Shown here: piece by piece, positions 1-9,011 of the stretch
How positions within the stretch are numbered: the stretch's first letter is position 1
Layout: each line of letters starts with the position of its first letter
Virus record (IMG/VR): IMGVR_UViG_3300037467_000548
Span: 1-47,401 of that record
Length of the DNA stretch: 47,401 bases
Reading direction: 5' to 3' (one strand)
Source of the DNA: a virus
Made by a program: the position numbers and the translations under genes
Notes under the pieces: model-generated
Seen by the model: only the letters and a program-made list of their open reading frames with translations
What the model was told of the DNA's origin: nothing
Database searches by the model: none

Positions 1-127
1 GCAGCAGACCCGCAAGGCGTTGGAGCCGGCCGCGAAAGAATTCATCAAGTCGCTGGCCGACGTCGATATCGCGTCGGAGTTCAAGACGGGGTTTCTCGGC
101 GGTACGCCGTCGCTCGGCATCACGCCA
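1..127. repeat. Terminal overlap: identical to 47275-47401 (circular or circularly permuted molecule, assembly overlap)
   Basis: Base-by-base comparison of both window ends shows a 127/127 match, so the unit length is 47274 bp. Confidence 0.95.
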
Positions 128-814
128 GAGCAGGAGTTCGGCATCAAGGCCGACTTCAACGCCATCGCCGAGGACATGTTCTATGCCAAGAATGGCGATG
201 CCGAACTGGCCAAGAATGCCGCGCTTCAGCAGATGAAGGTTCTCTATGGCGTGTCGGACCTCGCCGGCAGCCATGTGCTGATGAAACACCCGCCCGAGCG
301 CTATTGGCCGCAGCAGTCGACGCAGAGCGATACGACGCTGTTCGGAGCGGTCCCGATCCCCGGCACCGGTGGCAGTCCGTGGCAGTACGCCATCACGCAG
401 TTGCACAACGACATCGATGTCTATTCGCAGGGCGGCAAGGCCATCGACCCATCGACGGTGCAACTCATTGCTACACCGGAAACGGATGCCGACGTGAAGG
501 CCGGCAGGCTGCCCGGCTATGCCGTCATGTGGCGAGACGACAACGGCAACCTCCAGACCATCCCCGGCAAGCTGTGGCGTCCCGACGTGTCGAAGATGCA
601 GGCGGTTGACAAAGCCAATGAAGCGAAGCGGCAGAGCGAGGCAGACACCCGGGCTAGGCAGAACGACCAGCTTTATAACACCAACCTTCTGACGGGCGAG
701 CCGCTGCCGAAGACGGAAGCCGCGCCGGCTCCGAAGCCAGAGCCCGGTTCGAACATCCCGGCCGACATCCCGTCACCTGACGAGCTACAGGCCACGCCCG
801 GAAGCGCTATGTAA
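1..814 (+). CDS. C-terminal part of the internal virion (core/ejection) protein with a lytic transglycosylase domain; same gene as 45407..47401 across the junction
   Basis: The frame is continuous through the overlap (47274 is divisible by 3). The stop is TAA at 812-814. The combined product is about 893 aa. Confidence 0.8.
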   Translation, partial: QQTRKALEPAAKEFIKSLADVDIASEFKTGFLGGTPSLGITPEQEFGIKADFNAIAEDMFYAKNGDAELAKNAALQQMKVLYGVSDLAGSHVLMKHPPERYWPQQSTQSDTTLFGAVPIPGTGGSPWQYAITQLHNDIDVYSQGGKAIDPSTVQLIATPETDADVKAGRLPGYAVMWRDDNGNLQTIPGKLWRPDVSKMQAVDKANEAKRQSEADTRARQNDQLYNTNLLTGEPLPKTEAAPAPKPEPGSNIPADIPSPDELQATPGSAM

Positions 815-3800
815 TGCCGTTCTACGATGAAACCTCGACCATTCAGGACGTGTCGAACATTGCGCCTGACGAGCCGGCGCCGACCCCATCCATGATGGAC
901 ACGTGGGGCGCGGCGTTCCGCACGCAAAACACCATCGGCTCGGCGATCGCCAACTCCGGCATCCCCGACCCGACAGTCGTCGACCAAGGCCAAGAGGACT
1001 TCAATGCCATCGACTTCGTGAAGGACGATCCGAAATACTCACCTTTCGTTGAGAGCTTCGCCGGCATCCGAAACAAGCGTGCGGCAGAAGCGCAAAAACT
1101 TCGCATCGATCAGGAGCTTCAGGATCAGCGCACCTTATCCGCTGCCGGCGGCATGGGTGCTATTGCCCAGATGGCGGCAGGCGTTGTCGATCTGCCCACG
1201 CTCTTCCCGATCGGTGGCGAGTTCGTGACTGGTGGCCGTCTGGCGCGCGCGGCCAATATCGCCATCGGTGCCGGCTTGGATGCTGGCGTTTCGGAAGCGG
1301 CATTGCAGGCCACACAGGCCACCAGGACGCGCGAAGAGAGCGCGCTGAACATCGGTGGCTCCATCATCCTCGGCGGAGCGCTAGGCACGCTGGTAAGCCG
1401 GCTGGGGACGGCAGAGACCCGCGCACTCTCGACGAAGATCGAAGGGCAGGATGCGGCGTTCGATGCCGTGGACAAGGAATTCGCCAACCTCGGCAAGGGA
1501 ACATCGGCCGGCGCGGTCGCGACCGATACCGGTCCGCTGACACTGAAGGACGAGGCGTTCATCTCGAAGCTCCCCATCGTCAACCGGCAGGACCCGCTTA
1601 TCCGCCTGCAGTTGAACGAGCTTGATGCTGGCAGGCAGGCTGTTCGTGGCTTGGCTGAAACGCCACTCGAGTACGCCGACAACGCGGCAGGCATCGCGAC
1701 AGAGCGCGGCGGCGCGGTCGAAACCCGCATGAAGATGTGGCACGGCCCGCTGGCGTCGGCGCTGCGAGAGATCGATACGTCGTTCGCGCGCTACTATCAC
1801 TCGACGCCGGAACCATCGGCATTCCAGCGCTTCCTCTCGCCCGCCATGTCGGAGTTCGACCGGTTCCGCGGCTCGACGGATCGCCTGACCTATAAGCAGT
1901 TCAAGGAGGAAGTCGGCAAGGCGGCATTCTCGGGAGAACAGCATCCCATCGCCCAAGTGGCGGAGGCGGCACGCGTCTATCGCAAACTCGATGACGCGAT
2001 GAAGAAGGCGGCCATCGAGGCGCGGCTTTTGCCCGAAGACGTCACGGTGAAGGGCGACGTCAGCCACCTGTTCCGCATGTACAACAAGGAAAAGATCATC
2101 GCGCAGCGGGATAGGTTCTCGGCGATCCTGAACGACTATTTCATCCAGAAGCGCAACGAAGCCGCGAAGATCGCCGAGACGCCACTGACCAAGAAGGCGG
2201 AAGGCGAGGCGGCCGATCCGAAGGCTGCGGCCGCTCGGGCGAAGGCTGAAGAGTTCGGCCGCCTGTCCGACGGGGAACTCAGGGGCGTGGTCGACGATAC
2301 GATCAACAGCATCCTCGGTCATGCCGATAGCCGCGTGCCTTACGATATCGTCGCCGGTCCGCGCGGCCCTCTGAAGGAACGCCTGCTCAACATCGAGAGC
2401 GCCAAGATCCAGGACTTCCTCAACACCGATGTCGAGGAGGCTCTTCGTGCCCAGGTGCGCACGATGTCCGCCGATGTCGAGATCGCTCGCAAGTTCGGCT
2501 CGGTCGATATGGCGGAGCAGTTCCGCAAGATCAACGATGAGGCAGACGCCAAGATAGCCGGGGCAACAAGCGATAAAGCCCGCCAGCGGATCGAGGCATC
2601 GCGCAAAGCGGCGCTGCGCGACCTTGCCGGCATCCGCGATCGGCTGCGCGGTAATTATGCCTTGCCGTCGAACCCGGACTCGCTGGTGCTGCGCGCCGGC
2701 CGCATCGCTAGAAACATCAACTATCTGCGCCTTCTCGGCGGCATGACGGTTTCGGCCATCCCCGATCTGGGAAAGGTGGTATTCTCTCATGGCCTGACCA
2801 GCGCATTCCGTGACGGCTTCCTGCCTATGGTGAGGAACTTCAAGGCCTTTCGCTTGGCTGCCCAGGAAGTGAAGGACGCCGGCACCGCTCTGGATATGGT
2901 GCTCGACAGTCGAGCGATGGCGATGGCCGACATCACCGACGACTTCGGCCGGCATTCAGCTTTCGAGCGTGGGCTGTCCTCGCTGACGACGCGCTTCGGT
3001 GTCGTGTCCCTTATGGCCCCTTGGAACGCCACGCTGAAGCAGTTCACCGGTCTGGTGACGATGACCAACATCCTGCGTTCTGCGGAGCGCGTGGCGGCAG
3101 GCAAGGGGACGGCTCGCGACATCCGCAACTTGGCATCAAGCGGCATCGACGCGGACCTGGCGGAGCGCATCGCGAAGCAGTTCGGCACGCACGGCGACAA
3201 CCAGGACGGCATTCTGTTGGCCAAGGCCGGCGACTGGACGGACAACGGCGCGCGTGAGGCCTTTCGCGCTGCTGTGGTTCGCGAAGTTGACCGCGCCATC
3301 GTCTCGCCCGGCCAGGACAAGCCGCTGTGGATGTCGACGGAACTTGGCAAGGCCGTCGGGCAACTGAAGTCGTTCGGGGTGTCCAGCATGCAGAAGACAC
3401 TTCTGGCAGGGCTTCAGCAAAGGGACGCGGCAACTCTGAATGGCATTATGGTTTCGCTCGGTCTTGGTGCGGCCGCCTACGCACTGAAGGCTAGGATCGC
3501 CGGCTATGAGCCCTCCGATGATCCGTCGGTATGGGCAGTGGAGGCCCTAGACAAGAGCGGACTCACGGGCTGGCTCATGGATGCCAATGCCGTCGTTGAG
3601 AAGGCCACGCGCGGCAAGGTCGGGGCATCCTACTTCACCGGCAAGCCCATTAGCCGCTACGCCTCTCGGAACGTGGCTGGTGCATTTCTCGGTCCATCGG
3701 TCGATGCCGTCTCCGATATATTCCAGGTGAGTGGCAGCATCTTCGCGGGAGATACAACCCAAGCGGATGTCCACAAGCTGAGGAAGTTGCTCCCAGCCAA

Positions 3801-3885
3801 CAATTTGTTCTATGTTCGCTCCCTCTTTGACCGAGTGGAGAAGATGACAGGTTCAGCACTCAACCTGCCGGAGACGAAAAAGTAG
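814..3885 (+). CDS. Large internal virion / DNA-ejection protein (T7 gp16-like position), 1023 aa
   Basis: A long ORF whose ATG overlaps the upstream stop (TAATG). It follows the SLT core protein and has hydrophobic Gly/Ala-rich segments. The assignment rests on size and synteny only. Confidence 0.6.
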   Translation: MPFYDETSTIQDVSNIAPDEPAPTPSMMDTWGAAFRTQNTIGSAIANSGIPDPTVVDQGQEDFNAIDFVKDDPKYSPFVESFAGIRNKRAAEAQKLRIDQELQDQRTLSAAGGMGAIAQMAAGVVDLPTLFPIGGEFVTGGRLARAANIAIGAGLDAGVSEAALQATQATRTREESALNIGGSIILGGALGTLVSRLGTAETRALSTKIEGQDAAFDAVDKEFANLGKGTSAGAVATDTGPLTLKDEAFISKLPIVNRQDPLIRLQLNELDAGRQAVRGLAETPLEYADNAAGIATERGGAVETRMKMWHGPLASALREIDTSFARYYHSTPEPSAFQRFLSPAMSEFDRFRGSTDRLTYKQFKEEVGKAAFSGEQHPIAQVAEAARVYRKLDDAMKKAAIEARLLPEDVTVKGDVSHLFRMYNKEKIIAQRDRFSAILNDYFIQKRNEAAKIAETPLTKKAEGEAADPKAAAARAKAEEFGRLSDGELRGVVDDTINSILGHADSRVPYDIVAGPRGPLKERLLNIESAKIQDFLNTDVEEALRAQVRTMSADVEIARKFGSVDMAEQFRKINDEADAKIAGATSDKARQRIEASRKAALRDLAGIRDRLRGNYALPSNPDSLVLRAGRIARNINYLRLLGGMTVSAIPDLGKVVFSHGLTSAFRDGFLPMVRNFKAFRLAAQEVKDAGTALDMVLDSRAMAMADITDDFGRHSAFERGLSSLTTRFGVVSLMAPWNATLKQFTGLVTMTNILRSAERVAAGKGTARDIRNLASSGIDADLAERIAKQFGTHGDNQDGILLAKAGDWTDNGAREAFRAAVVREVDRAIVSPGQDKPLWMSTELGKAVGQLKSFGVSSMQKTLLAGLQQRDAATLNGIMVSLGLGAAAYALKARIAGYEPSDDPSVWAVEALDKSGLTGWLMDANAVVEKATRGKVGASYFTGKPISRYASRNVAGAFLGPSVDAVSDIFQVSGSIFAGDTTQADVHKLRKLLPANNLFYVRSLFDRVEKMTGSALNLPETKK

Positions 3886-4095
3886 ATGCTGGCCATCATT
3901 GCCGGACTCGCCGGCGCCGCATGCTGCATAGGCGTGTGGAATGCTGTCGATAGATCTGATGGGCCAAAAGTCGCAATGTGGGGCGCGGCCGCCCTCATCC
4001 TGTTCGGCCTGACTTTCTTTGGCGCGGCAGCACACAAGCCGGGTGGATGCTTCACGGACTGGGACGGCAGGTCAAATTCTGAGGTTTGCGACTAG
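3886..4095 (+). CDS. Small membrane protein, 69 aa
   Basis: ATG directly follows the upstream TAG. Two hydrophobic stretches are present (MLAIIAGLAGAACCIGVW, AAALILFGLTFFGAAA). Confidence 0.5.
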   Translation: MLAIIAGLAGAACCIGVWNAVDRSDGPKVAMWGAAALILFGLTFFGAAAHKPGGCFTDWDGRSNSEVCD

Positions 4096-4190
4096 CCTTA
4101 GTCGCTGGTTTTGCTTATAAAAAGCGGGCCGATCTGGTGCTGGTAACACCGCGTCGGCCCTAACCAAGCCAACCTATTCAGGAGGTCGAA

Positions 4191-4658
4191 ATGGCTGCCA
4201 AACTCATATGCTCGATTCCAGATTGCGACAAGCCGGCCCATTGTCGGGGCTGGTGCGACATGCACTACACTCGGTTCAAGCGGCATGGCGATCCTTTGTT
4301 CACCAAGACTGCGCCAGAAGGCGAGGGGCTAAAGCTCCTGTTCTCGCTCATCGGTCATAAAGGTGCAGGCTGCATCATTTGGCCGTTCAGCAGGACACCG
4401 CAGGGCTATGGACAGACTTTCTACTGCGGTGAGGTCATGGGCTCGCATCGCGTCATGTGCGTTCTTGAGCATGGCGAGCCGCCGACGCCGGAGCATCAGG
4501 CCGCGCATTCGTGCGGCAACGGTCGGGGCGGCTGCATCAACCCGGACCATTTGCGCTGGGCCACGCCGAAAGAGAACATCGCCGAGAAATTCGACGTTCA
4601 TGGCTGGGCGCTTCTGCGCAGCCAAGACGGGAAGATAACCGGGCACGCCCGGACCTAA
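4191..4658 (+). CDS. HNH homing-type endonuclease
   Basis: An AGGAGG RBS lies upstream. Cys-rich CSIPDCDKPAHCRGWCDMHYTRFKRHGDP is followed by HSCGNGRGGCINPDHLRWATPKEN, an HNH_3-like motif. Confidence 0.8.
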   Translation: MAAKLICSIPDCDKPAHCRGWCDMHYTRFKRHGDPLFTKTAPEGEGLKLLFSLIGHKGAGCIIWPFSRTPQGYGQTFYCGEVMGSHRVMCVLEHGEPPTPEHQAAHSCGNGRGGCINPDHLRWATPKENIAEKFDVHGWALLRSQDGKITGHART

Positions 4659-4683
4659 CCAACCTCTGAAAATTTGACCTGTA

Positions 4684-4708
4684 GCCCCGCCTCGGCGGGG
4701 CGCTTTGC
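4684..4708 (+). terminator. GC hairpin after the HNH gene (weak intrinsic terminator)
   Basis: GCCCCGC-ctcg-GCGGGGC is followed by gctttgct. Confidence 0.4.
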
Positions 4709-4723
4709 TATGGAGTGGAGCCT

Positions 4724-7054
4724 ATGGCCCGTCCCGCAACCGCTGCCGTGCGCCTTCTGACCGGCGAGCGTGAACCCTGCCGCCTGGCGACGACAGCAAA
4801 CATCGACGTTGATGCCGGCGGGCTGCTTGTCATCGACGGTGTGCAGACCGAAGTCGGAGATCGCATCCTCGTCAAGGATCAGACCGACGGCTCTGAGAAC
4901 GGCATCCGCACCGTCTCGGCGGGCCAGTGGTATCGCGCGGCCGATGCGCGGACGGCGCGCACCATGCAGAAGGGAACGACCGTTCATGTGGCGGAGGGCA
5001 CGACCAGCGGCGGTAAGACCTTCGTCTTCAATACGCTAGAGCCAGTTATTGGCGATAGCGACATCGAGATCGTTTTCTATCTATCCGATGATACCCTGGG
5101 CGACGTTGCCGCTGCCGTTGCCGCTGGCGTGGCCGACATCGGCGCCGCTGGAGATGCAGAGATCGCCGAGGTTCAGGCATCTGGAGAACCTATCGTCGCG
5201 GCTGCCGAGGCCGCAAAAGATGCGGCAGAGGCAGCCGCAGCGAGTCTCAATCTGCCTACCATTCTTGCCGGCTACACTAAGCGCATCTTGCAAGTGAACC
5301 CGACTGCGGACGGCTACGAGCTTGTGCCGCTGACGCGGGCGACGACGCCGCCCGGCATTGTTCTCAACGACAGCACGCCGTCCATCGCCGATGCCAACCG
5401 CGCGGCCATTCAAGCCGTTCTCGACGATACTGGGCCAGGCGATGCGATCTTGCTGCCCAATGGTCCGATCTACGTCGCTGATGCAGGCCTCGACGTCTTC
5501 AACGCCCAGTTCCTTGGCGGACTGTCTCCGAGCGGAGACATCTTCGGCGCGAACCCGGTAGCCGGCACGGCGCTAATCTGGGCCGGCAGTTCTGGTGAGC
5601 CTTACCTCCTTGACTTCGGAGCGGACCCCAACGCAGTCGCGCCCGTCCAGACTTTCGGCGGCGGCATCGGCAACCTCCAACTCGACGGCAACTACAACGT
5701 TGATCGGGTGCTTCGCATGGCCGCGTGCGGCCGCGCGCGGTTCGGAAACATCAAAGCCATGCGCCCAACGAATAACGGCCTGGTTGCCGACGGCAACGCG
5801 GCCATTTGGTTGGGCGCCAACGCCACTGTCGCAGGCCTCGAAAACACCATCCGCCATTGCGACTTCAAGAACGTCTTTGCCTTCGCCTATGGTTCGGGCC
5901 ATGCGTTCTATAACAAGTCGAACGGAACCGAAGGTGGCTTGACCTTCTGCTCCGGCAAGAACCTTCGTGCCGACTTTGGTTACGGCACCGGTGGCGGCCA
6001 CGGTTTCTATTTCTCATCCATGGATGACTGCACGTTCGAAGGCGTGACAGGCAGTCGAGCGGCCGGCGGCACCGGGCAAGGCCTATACCTCAATGGAAAC
6101 GGTGTTTCCGGTATCGTCTGTGTCGGAAACACGTTCAAGATGGTCAAGCTGTCGGGCGGAGCCCCCGTGGTCGCAGACGGCCGGCATTCTGGCAACAACA
6201 TCATCATCGGCCTTTCTGGCGTCGATGAGGTGCCGACCGTCATCGAGAGCAACGACGGCTGGGTCGATGTTTTCTATCTCGGTACCGGCTATGGCGACAC
6301 GCCCGGCTCAGTCACTCAACAGCCGACGACCGTGCGCCGGAAGGACGCGGCAAACAATGCTGTTTCACGGCTGCTTACGCTCCGGCACGGCCTCAATGCC
6401 ACCGCCTCCGCTCCTGCGATCGGCATTGGCGTCGAACAAGTATTCGAGGCGCTGACAGCGGCGGGCAACTTCGAGTTTCTTGCGGCTATCCAGGCGATCA
6501 CGACAAGCGTCACACCCACGTCTGAGGCCGCGAAGCTGGTCTTCAGGCTGCTCACTGCGGGCGCGCTTGCTGACGTCATCACCTTGACGCCGACCCTCAT
6601 GTCCATGATCGGCGTCAACCCGGCCTATTATATCGAAAGCTCAGGCGCCGGTGCCGGTGCCAGTGCTGGTCTGAAGGCCAAGACCGCTAATCACGCCAAT
6701 GTCTGGCAGGCTATAGCCAAGGCAGGCGGCTTCGTGATCGGCGTCGATGGTGTGGCCGACTACACGGCCTGGTCGACCACCGGCGACATTTCTCACGCCG
6801 CCCATTTCAGTATTGCGACCGGTAAAGAGTATCGTGTGAACGCCGTAAAGGTCGTCGGCGGAAGGGACACCGGCTGGACTGCCGGCACCGGAACCGCCAA
6901 CAAGGGCGCTTTCGCGGCCTATGCCGGACAGACGCATACGGGTTCCTATGTTCAAGCCACCGTGCAGGCTCTTGATGATGCCACGAAGGCGGCATCTCAG
7001 CGCATAAGGGCGATCGAGGCGGCGCTGATAACCCATGGGCTCATCGGAACATAA
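4724..7054 (+). CDS. Tail fiber / tailspike (central beta-helix-like region)
   Basis: About 776 aa with a Gly/Asn-rich repetitive middle (GNTFKMV, GNNIIIG). It sits after the core proteins. GTG 4715 is an alternative start. Confidence 0.65.
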   Translation: MARPATAAVRLLTGEREPCRLATTANIDVDAGGLLVIDGVQTEVGDRILVKDQTDGSENGIRTVSAGQWYRAADARTARTMQKGTTVHVAEGTTSGGKTFVFNTLEPVIGDSDIEIVFYLSDDTLGDVAAAVAAGVADIGAAGDAEIAEVQASGEPIVAAAEAAKDAAEAAAASLNLPTILAGYTKRILQVNPTADGYELVPLTRATTPPGIVLNDSTPSIADANRAAIQAVLDDTGPGDAILLPNGPIYVADAGLDVFNAQFLGGLSPSGDIFGANPVAGTALIWAGSSGEPYLLDFGADPNAVAPVQTFGGGIGNLQLDGNYNVDRVLRMAACGRARFGNIKAMRPTNNGLVADGNAAIWLGANATVAGLENTIRHCDFKNVFAFAYGSGHAFYNKSNGTEGGLTFCSGKNLRADFGYGTGGGHGFYFSSMDDCTFEGVTGSRAAGGTGQGLYLNGNGVSGIVCVGNTFKMVKLSGGAPVVADGRHSGNNIIIGLSGVDEVPTVIESNDGWVDVFYLGTGYGDTPGSVTQQPTTVRRKDAANNAVSRLLTLRHGLNATASAPAIGIGVEQVFEALTAAGNFEFLAAIQAITTSVTPTSEAAKLVFRLLTAGALADVITLTPTLMSMIGVNPAYYIESSGAGAGASAGLKAKTANHANVWQAIAKAGGFVIGVDGVADYTAWSTTGDISHAAHFSIATGKEYRVNAVKVVGGRDTGWTAGTGTANKGAFAAYAGQTHTGSYVQATVQALDDATKAASQRIRAIEAALITHGLIGT

Positions 7055-7129
7055 ACAGCATTTGAGGTCTCGCGCCGCAGTCAAAAATGCTTTAGGGCTT
7101 CCGACGAAGCTGGCGGAGGCCTTACAGGC

Positions 7130-7852
7130 ATGGGCGACACTTTTCGCAAGACAGATGATCCATTAGAGATATCTGAATTGGCCGCCCGCTCGAAGTCAGA
7201 ATTAGCGGCTATCTATTTCAACAGATCGGCTGCGCGGGTATCGATGAAGTGGCATCACTACCTGGATACCTATGATCGGTACTTGTCTCGCTATCGCGAC
7301 AAGCAGCCTCGGTTCTTAGAGATCGGTATCGCGGACGGCGGCTCCTTCAACCTCTGGCGCCCGTACTTCGGGTCGGCAGCAACCTTGTTCGGCATCGACA
7401 TAAAACCTGGCAGCGTTGCCAAGGTGGAAGCTCTTGGACTCGACTGCCATGCTCGGGTGGGTAGTCAGGCCGATCCTGAATTTTTAAGGTCTGTGGTCGA
7501 TGAAATGGGCGGCGTCGATATTGTGATCGATGACGGAAGCCACGTCGCCGAACATCAGGTCGCCAGCTTCAGAACGCTCTTCCCGCTGCTGAACGATGGC
7601 GGGGTCTACATTTGCGAGGATCTTCACACCGCTTACTGGGGCGGCGAGTGGCATGGCGGCCTTAAGCAGCCGGGCACCTTCATTGAACTGACCAAGGACA
7701 TCATCGATAGCCTGCACCAGTGGTATGCGCCGGTCGCCAATGATCTTTCAGACATGAATCTTCACCGGAGCATTCCGGCGATCCACATTCACGACAGCAT
7801 GGTTGTGATCGAGAAGGCGAAGGTAGAGCCGCCTATTTTGATCATCAAATAG
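7130..7852 (+). CDS. Class I SAM-dependent methyltransferase, sugar/polysaccharide O-methyltransferase-like (CmcI/TylF-like)
   Basis: Motifs KWHHYLDTYDRYLSRYR, FLEIGIADGGSFNLW, LFGIDI and VIDDGSHVAEHQ are present. The segment looks more AT-rich than its surroundings. Confidence 0.7.
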   Translation: MGDTFRKTDDPLEISELAARSKSELAAIYFNRSAARVSMKWHHYLDTYDRYLSRYRDKQPRFLEIGIADGGSFNLWRPYFGSAATLFGIDIKPGSVAKVEALGLDCHARVGSQADPEFLRSVVDEMGGVDIVIDDGSHVAEHQVASFRTLFPLLNDGGVYICEDLHTAYWGGEWHGGLKQPGTFIELTKDIIDSLHQWYAPVANDLSDMNLHRSIPAIHIHDSMVVIEKAKVEPPILIIK

Positions 7853-8012
7853 TCGCCTCGTCGGTCGTTTTCGGCAACCACGTCGCGCCCGTGATGAAGC
7901 CGGGCAATTCGGTACCATTGGCAAGATGCTCGGCAACGTGCTTCGCGTAGTCTTCTGACCAGCCTTCGCTGATCAGTTTCTCTTTCCAGTACGTGGCTGA
8001 GCGCTTTTCCAT
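7845..8012 (-). CDS. Small hypothetical protein (55 aa), convergent with and overlapping the methyltransferase 3' end
   Basis: Starts ATG 8012 (MEKRSATYWKEKLISEGW...). Third-position GC is high by manual count and the composition is natural. Confidence 0.45.
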   Translation of the reverse strand: MEKRSATYWKEKLISEGWSEDYAKHVAEHLANGTELPGFITGATWLPKTTDEATI

Positions 8013-8061
8013 GCGCCGACCACTAACCTGACAATGGCTCTTTAGCAATATCGACCTGACG

Positions 8062-8086
8062 GGCTCGCTGTGGCGGGCCTTTTTCT
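8062..8086 (+). terminator. Intrinsic terminator
   Basis: GGCTCGC-tgtg-GCGGGCC forms 7 bp including one G-U, followed by TTTTTC. Confidence 0.65.
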
Positions 8087-8110
8087 TATCCACAACCCAA
8101 GGAACATCCC

Positions 8111-8182
8111 ATGACCGCATCCCGTGAAAAGGAGGCGCTCTCGCGCGTGCTCGCGCATGAGGAGGCGCCACAATGGATCTGA
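8111..8182 (+). CDS. Tiny upstream ORF (23 aa) overlapping the endolysin start
   Basis: AAGGAA RBS; the peptide is MTASREKEALSRVLAHEEAPQWI. It may only be a leader. Confidence 0.25.
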   Translation: MTASREKEALSRVLAHEEAPQWI

Positions 8183-8664
8183 CGCTCGGCTACACGCGCA
8201 AGCTCATCGACGCTTCTAAAGCGCGCGGCCTGCTGCGCAACCAAACGGCCTACCTGTTGGCGACATCGTTCTGGGAGACTGCCCACACGATGAAGCCGGT
8301 CGTCGAGGCCTATTGGCTTTCGGAGGACTGGCGGCGCCGGAACCTCCGCTATTACCCGTGGCATGGTAGGGGCTTTGTTCAGCTTACATGGAAAGCCAAC
8401 TACCAGCGCGCCCAGGACGAGCTCGGCGTTCCCTTCACGCAGAACCCCGACCTTGCCCTTGACCCGGACAATGCCGCCAATATCGCGGTACTCGGCATGC
8501 AAGAGGGATGGTTCACGAAGTTCAAGCTCGCAGACTTTATCGATCTCCAACACTCGGACTTCGTGCGCGCCCGCCAGATCATCAACAGGATGGACAAGGC
8601 GCAGCAGATCGCGACGTTGGCAGAGCACTACGATGACGATCTGAAAGCCGAATGGGTAGGCTGA
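8173..8664 (+). CDS. Endolysin, glycoside hydrolase family 19-like
   Basis: GAGGAGG RBS, with SFWETAHTMKPVVE and HGRGFVQLTWKANYQ motifs. Confidence 0.8.
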   Translation: MDLTLGYTRKLIDASKARGLLRNQTAYLLATSFWETAHTMKPVVEAYWLSEDWRRRNLRYYPWHGRGFVQLTWKANYQRAQDELGVPFTQNPDLALDPDNAANIAVLGMQEGWFTKFKLADFIDLQHSDFVRARQIINRMDKAQQIATLAEHYDDDLKAEWVG

Positions 8665-9011
8665 GCGTGCTGGCCACCCAAGTGTCTTCATGGACGATCC
8701 GAAGGCGGATCATCGTCATCACGCTCGCCTGGTGCGGCGTGCTGGTGACCTATCTGTCGGTATGGGGCCGCGACATCCAGCTTTCCGAGACTTCGGTCAA
8801 CGGCCTGCTCCTGCTCATGGCGTCCGTTATCGGCTCCTACGTCTTCGGAGCGACCTGGGACCACAACAATATGCGCCGGTCGGAAGTGGACGCGCTGGCT
8901 GTGAGCGCCGGCCTGCCACCGAACCCGCAAGGCGGCCCCACTGTCGTCCAACAGAACAACCCACCGGCTCCGTCAGGACCGGCGATGCCACCTCCACCGG
9001 GAGAGCAATGA
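8652..9011 (+). CDS. Holin candidate
   Basis: Two transmembrane segments (IIVITLAWCGVLVTYLSVW, LLLLMASVIGSYVFGA). It lies between the endolysin and the spanins. Confidence 0.6.
   Translation: MGRLSVLATQVSSWTIRRRIIVITLAWCGVLVTYLSVWGRDIQLSETSVNGLLLLMASVIGSYVFGATWDHNNMRRSEVDALAVSAGLPPNPQGGPTVVQQNNPPAPSGPAMPPPPGEQ

Noticed and set aside
1381-2955. Long antisense ORFs in the track: 524 aa here, also 36797..37711, 37868..38722, 38921..39919, 40563..41444, 42676..43428, 44819..45667 and 45899..46705.
   Set aside because: All lie opposite well-supported structural genes. They are Arg/Ala/Gly/Pro-rich and are typical shadow ORFs of high-GC coding DNA.
5095-5130. A 12-nt tandem (GTTGCCGCTGCC / GTTGCCGCTGGC) in the tail fiber gene.
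   Set aside because: It simply encodes an Ala/Val-rich linker (VAAAVAAGVA) and gives no sign of a variable-repeat or DGR target.
8086-8094. A perfect DnaA-box consensus TTATCCACA just after a terminator.
   Set aside because: It is a single 9-mer, and one exact hit on a 47-kb circle (both strands) is not improbable by chance. The other near-matches I saw are scattered and do not cluster.
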